From the IMG/VR virus record IMGVR_UViG_2695420763_000014: a DNA stretch of 32,361 bases; one strand, 5' to 3'. Of this stretch, positions 28,718 through 32,361 are shown in pieces. Position 1 is the stretch's first letter; each line of letters opens with the position of its first letter. The position numbers were made by a program, and so were the translations under genes. The notes below the pieces were generated by a model. It was given only the letters and a program-made list of their open reading frames with translations. It was not told the DNA's origin and searched no databases. The stretch is from a virus (Duplodnaviria; Heunggongvirae; Uroviricota; Caudoviricetes).

Positions 28718-29151
28718 CCGATTTAGCCATTATCTGGACGAACGGACGCGGCGATATTGCGCAGGATGGTATTGATATGCTGACCGACGACAGCCTGACA
28801 ACCGATGTGACAATCTCCCTGTTTACCGACCGGCGCGCGCTGGATTCTGACACCCTGCCGGATGGTTCAGATGAGCGCCGTGGATGGTGGGGTGACAGTT
28901 ACCGCGAGCGCCCCATCGGTTCGCGGTTGTGGCTGTTATCACGTGAAAAAGCCACACCGGATACGCTGGAACGCGCCAGAGGGTATGCCGAAGAGGCGCT
29001 GGAATGGCTGAAAACAGCGGGCCGGGTAAGTGCGATTAACGTCAGAGCGGAACAGTTACATCAGGGATGGTTATACCTCTACATTGCACTGACATTACCG
29101 GATGGTTCCGTTATTCCTTATGAGTTTAAAGCAGCATTTAACGGGGTTTAA
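28714..29151 (+). CDS. baseplate wedge protein, gp25-like (Mu W position)
   Basis: 145 aa; ATGA overlap; synteny. Confidence 0.6.
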   Translation: MTDLAIIWTNGRGDIAQDGIDMLTDDSLTTDVTISLFTDRRALDSDTLPDGSDERRGWWGDSYRERPIGSRLWLLSREKATPDTLERARGYAEEALEWLKTAGRVSAINVRAEQLHQGWLYLYIALTLPDGSVIPYEFKAAFNGV

Positions 29152-30234
29152 ATGGCTTATTCACCACCGACATTATCATCGCTGATTGCCCGTACAGAAC
29201 AGAATATTGAACAGCGCCTGCCGGGTAGCTGGCCTCAGGCCCGTGAAAAAACGCTGAGTGCCATTGCTTACGCCCAGGCAGGGCTTGCTGCCGGTTGTCA
29301 CGAGCATATTTCATGGGTTGGGCGGCAGATTATCCCGTCGACAGCAGATGAAGATGAGTTGCTGGAGCACTGCCGGTTCTGGGGCGTGCGCCGCAAACAG
29401 GCGACAGCCGCCAGCGGCCCGCTGACTGTCACCACATCGGCAGCGACCACCATTCCTGCCGGTACACGCTGGCAGCGTGCTGATGGTGTGGTTTACAGCC
29501 TGGCTGATGCCATTGTGATTGACCATGCAGGAACGACGGAAATTACCGTTACCGCACTGGCTGCCGGTGAGGCAGGAAATACCGGTGAGAATACCCTTTT
29601 AACGTTGATCACCCCGGTTGCCTGTGTTGTTTCCGATGCCATCACTGTAAAAGGGTTTTCCGGTGGAGCTGATATTGAGAGTGCAGCGGAGCTGCTGTCA
29701 CGGCTGGAATATCGTGTCCAGTATCCTCCGTTCGGCGGTAATCAGTTTGATTACGTTCGCTGGGCACGTGAAGTCAGCGGCGTTACCCGTGCCTGGTGTT
29801 TTCCGACATGGAAAGGCGGTGGCACAGTCGGGGTGACGTTTGTTATGGATAACCGGAGCAATATTTTTCCACAACCGGCAGACGTGGAACGCGTGGCGGA
29901 TTATATCGCCGGTCATACAGACCCGATAACCGGCCTGATTGTCGGACGGCCTGACGGTGTAAATGTCACTGTATTTGCGCCAAAGGCAAAGCCGGTAAAT
30001 CCACGGATTTATATATCACCGAAGACAGCCGAACTGAAACAGGCTATTACTCACGCCATTAATACCATGTTTTTTAATGAGGTGACGCCGGGCGGCGCAC
30101 TTGCCCCCTCCCGTATTATCCGTGCGGTGGCAGGTGTTACCGGTCTGGATGATTTTGAAGTGCGTTTCCCGACAGAGATCCAGCGTTCGGAGAATACGGA
30201 ACTGTTAACACCGGGGACAATTGAATGGCTGTAA
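29152..30234 (+). CDS. baseplate wedge protein, J-like (Mu R / gp47 position)
   Basis: 360 aa; starts right after the W stop; synteny. Confidence 0.65.
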   Translation: MAYSPPTLSSLIARTEQNIEQRLPGSWPQAREKTLSAIAYAQAGLAAGCHEHISWVGRQIIPSTADEDELLEHCRFWGVRRKQATAASGPLTVTTSAATTIPAGTRWQRADGVVYSLADAIVIDHAGTTEITVTALAAGEAGNTGENTLLTLITPVACVVSDAITVKGFSGGADIESAAELLSRLEYRVQYPPFGGNQFDYVRWAREVSGVTRAWCFPTWKGGGTVGVTFVMDNRSNIFPQPADVERVADYIAGHTDPITGLIVGRPDGVNVTVFAPKAKPVNPRIYISPKTAELKQAITHAINTMFFNEVTPGGALAPSRIIRAVAGVTGLDDFEVRFPTEIQRSENTELLTPGTIEWL

Positions 30235-30767
30235 CACCCTATCAGACGGCCTTTCTGCAATTACTGCCGTCAGGGCTTGCCTGGAATAAAAGCCCCGACA
30301 GCAAATTATCTGCGCTGGCGCAGGCCATCAGCGACGTGATTGCCACTGCGGCGGATGATGCGCGGCAAATGCTGCGGGAGCGTTTCCCGTCCACATCCCG
30401 CTGGTATCTGGGTGAGTGGGAATCATTTCTGGGGTTGCCGGACTGTACCAGCGAAAACGGCACCCTGTCAGAACGCCAGCGGGCTGCCGCAAATAAAATG
30501 CGTATGACCGGCAATCTGAGTCGGCGCTTTTATGAATGGCTGGCTGCGCAGTACGGTTTTACCGTCAGGCTGACGGATTCCACAGAAGGCCAGTGGGTTA
30601 CGCAGGTCAATATTTACGGTATTAAAAATTATCGCAACGCAACGGTGCTGGATAATGTTCTGACGCCGTTACGTGTTTATGAATCGGGTGCGCTGGAATG
30701 TTTACTGGAGAAATATAAACCCGCGCATCAGATTTATAAATTTGTTTACCATGACGGAGATAACTAA
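30225..30767 (+). CDS. baseplate wedge / tail fibre attachment protein (Mu gp48 position)
   Basis: 180 aa; overlaps neighbours; precedes the tail fibre. Confidence 0.6.
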   Translation: MAVTPYQTAFLQLLPSGLAWNKSPDSKLSALAQAISDVIATAADDARQMLRERFPSTSRWYLGEWESFLGLPDCTSENGTLSERQRAAANKMRMTGNLSRRFYEWLAAQYGFTVRLTDSTEGQWVTQVNIYGIKNYRNATVLDNVLTPLRVYESGALECLLEKYKPAHQIYKFVYHDGDN

Positions 30768-32233
30768 TGTTTTATATTGATAACGACAGCGGCGTAACCG
30801 TCATGCCGCCCGTATCCGCCCAGCGTAGTGCTATCGTTCGCTGGTTTTCAGAAGGTAACGGGAATAATGTTATCACATGGCCCGGCATGGACTGGTTTAA
30901 TATTGTGCAGGCGGAGTTATTAAACACGCTGGAAGAAGCCGGTATTCAACCGGATAAAACAAAATTAAACCAGCTTGCACTGTCCATTAAAGCCATTATG
31001 AGCAATAACGCGCTGCTGATAAAAAATAACCTCAGCGAAATTAAAACTGCCGGGGCATCAGCACAGCGTACAGCACGTGAAAATCTGGATATCTATGATG
31101 CCAGCCTGAACAAAAAAGGACTCGTTCAGCTAACCAGTGCCACTGACAGCCCCAGTGAAACGCTGGCAGCCACCGCAAAAGCGGTGAAAATTGCGATGGA
31201 TAATGCTAATGCCCGTCTGGCAAAAGACCGGAACGGAGCAGATATTCCCAATAAGCCGCTGTTTATCCAAAACCTCGGTTTACAGGAAACGGTAAATCAG
31301 GCTTCTGGCGCATTACAGAAAAACCAGAACGGTGCAGATATTCCGAATAAAGATAAATTCGTACAAAACACAGGGGCCTGTCGTGCATTTAGCGGTCAGA
31401 CTGATATCGATGGTTCACAAGGTGAATGGTCGACAGTTGCATTTATCTCGTGGCTGGAGAATAACGGAGCTTTCCGACATCCATACTGGATGTGTAAAGG
31501 GTCATGGTCCTATGCCAGAAACAGGGTTATTACGGATACCGGTTGTGGAAATATCTGCCTTGCCGGAGCCGTGATTGAGGTTATGGGAACCCGCGGCGCA
31601 ATGACCATACGCGTTACCACGCCGGGTACGTCCAGTGGTGGCGGAATTACTAACGCTCAATTCACTTATATTAATCATGGTGATGCTTATGCTCCTGGCT
31701 GGCGACGAGACTACAACACGAAAAACCAGCAGCCTGCATTTGCTTTAGGGCAAACAGGAAGCACTGTCGGAAATGATAAAGCTGTTGGCTGGAACTGGAA
31801 TAGCGGGGTCTATGAGGCAAATATTGGTGGCGCATCGACATTAATCCTCCATTTCAATATGAATGTGGGGAGCTGCCCTGCTGTACAGTTCCGCGTGAAT
31901 TACAGAAATGGCGGTATCTTTTATCGTTCAGCGCGTGATGATTATGGCTTTGAAGCTGACTGGTCAGAGTTTTACACCACAACCCGCAAACCTTCTGCGG
32001 GAGACGTTGGTGCATATACGCGGGCAGAATGTAACTCAATGTTTATTACAGGTATTCGCCTTGGCGGTCTGTTATCTGTTCAGACATGGAATGGTCCCGG
32101 CTGGTCTGACAGGTCAGGTTATGTCGTTACGGGTTCAGTTAACGAAAACCGTGATGAATTAATTGATATAACTCAGGCAAGGCCAATTCAGTATTGCATT
32201 AATGGAACGTGGTATAACGCGGGGAGTATTTAA
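30767..32233 (+). CDS. S: tail fibre protein S (constant part Sc fused to a variable part Sv from the G segment)
   Basis: 488 aa; SD ggag upstream; a gix recombination site lies inside the gene at 31263-31288, so codons before it are the constant part and codons after it are invertible-segment encoded. Confidence 0.8.
   Translation: MFYIDNDSGVTVMPPVSAQRSAIVRWFSEGNGNNVITWPGMDWFNIVQAELLNTLEEAGIQPDKTKLNQLALSIKAIMSNNALLIKNNLSEIKTAGASAQRTARENLDIYDASLNKKGLVQLTSATDSPSETLAATAKAVKIAMDNANARLAKDRNGADIPNKPLFIQNLGLQETVNQASGALQKNQNGADIPNKDKFVQNTGACRAFSGQTDIDGSQGEWSTVAFISWLENNGAFRHPYWMCKGSWSYARNRVITDTGCGNICLAGAVIEVMGTRGAMTIRVTTPGTSSGGGITNAQFTYINHGDAYAPGWRRDYNTKNQQPAFALGQTGSTVGNDKAVGWNWNSGVYEANIGGASTLILHFNMNVGSCPAVQFRVNYRNGGIFYRSARDDYGFEADWSEFYTTTRKPSAGDVGAYTRAECNSMFITGIRLGGLLSVQTWNGPGWSDRSGYVVTGSVNENRDELIDITQARPIQYCINGTWYNAGSI
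31231..31350 (+). repeat. 24-bp direct repeat (2 mismatches) flanking the gix site inside S
   Basis: gaacggagcagatattcccaataa (31231-31254) and gaacggtgcagatattccgaataa (31327-31350); both encode the peptide NGADIPNK. Confidence 0.75.
31263..31288. other. gix site (Gin invertase crossover site, left boundary of the invertible G segment)
   Basis: TTATCCAAAACCTCGGTTTACAGGAA: 26-bp imperfect palindrome that matches the Mu gix / Hin hix-family site as I recall it (compare hixL TTCTTGAAAACCAAGGTTTTTGATAA). Confidence 0.8.
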
Positions 32234-32235
32234 TT

Positions 32236-32361
32236 ATGATGCACTTAAAAAATATTACTGCTGGCAATCCTAAAACAAAAGAGCAATACCAGCTAACGAA
32301 ACAATTTAACATCAAATGGCTTTATACAGAGGATGGGAAACGCATTTGCCCGTCAGCGTGA
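32236..32361 (+). CDS. U: tail fibre assembly protein U, N-terminal 41 codons ending at an in-frame TGA at the window edge
   Basis: ATG 3 nt after the S stop; translated by hand as [41 protein letters not shown] then TGA at 32359-32361. The Mu U position is a protein I recall as about 175 aa, so this looks truncated, but the downstream sequence is not visible. Confidence 0.45.
   Translation: MMHLKNITAGNPKTKEQYQLTKQFNIKWLYTEDGKRICPSA

Larger units (their letters stand above)
1..32361 (+). mobile_element. Mu-type transposable phage or prophage, partial (ner through tail fibre S and start of U)
   Basis: Collinear Mu gene order on one strand: ner, A, B, early ORFs, gam, mor, C, lys, terminase, portal, I, T, L, M, N, baseplate genes, S with gix. 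No host-like genes seen. Confidence 0.9.

Noticed and set aside
1-32361. Search by eye for CRISPR arrays, tRNA or rRNA genes and integrase/attachment sites
   Set aside because: No spaced direct-repeat array, no cloverleaf-like tRNA candidates and no rRNA-like segments noticed; Mu-type phages integrate by transposition, so no integrase is expected, and the phage ends (attL/attR) lie outside the window.

Overview
The window is one almost complete Mu-type transposable phage (genus Muvirus-like), all on the + strand, starting at the first codon of a Ner-like gene and ending inside the invertible G segment. Gene order is canonical: ner, transposase A, MuB, about 11 small early ORFs including Gam, GemA-like, Mor, an intrinsic terminator, three small middle ORFs, C, SAR endolysin with overlapping spanins, terminase, portal, F, G, protease/scaffold I(Z), major head T, sheath L, tube M, tape measure N, baseplate P-Q-V-W-R-gp48 and tail fibre S with a gix site inside it. 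The repressor c, attL, the rest of the G segment, gin and mom lie outside the window. I found no rRNA, tRNA or CRISPR array by eye, and no clear defence or novel multi-gene system. The most notable observations are: (1) a mosaic transposase, divergent from Mu A over nearly its whole length but carrying a Mu-identical C-terminal tail, next to a Mu-like B; (2) an unexplained antisense ORF plus a GC hairpin in the gap before gemA; (3) the gix crossover site flanked by a duplicated motif inside S; (4) a U gene that stops after 41 codons at the very last bases of the window. Comparisons to Mu proteins are from memory and need a database search to confirm.
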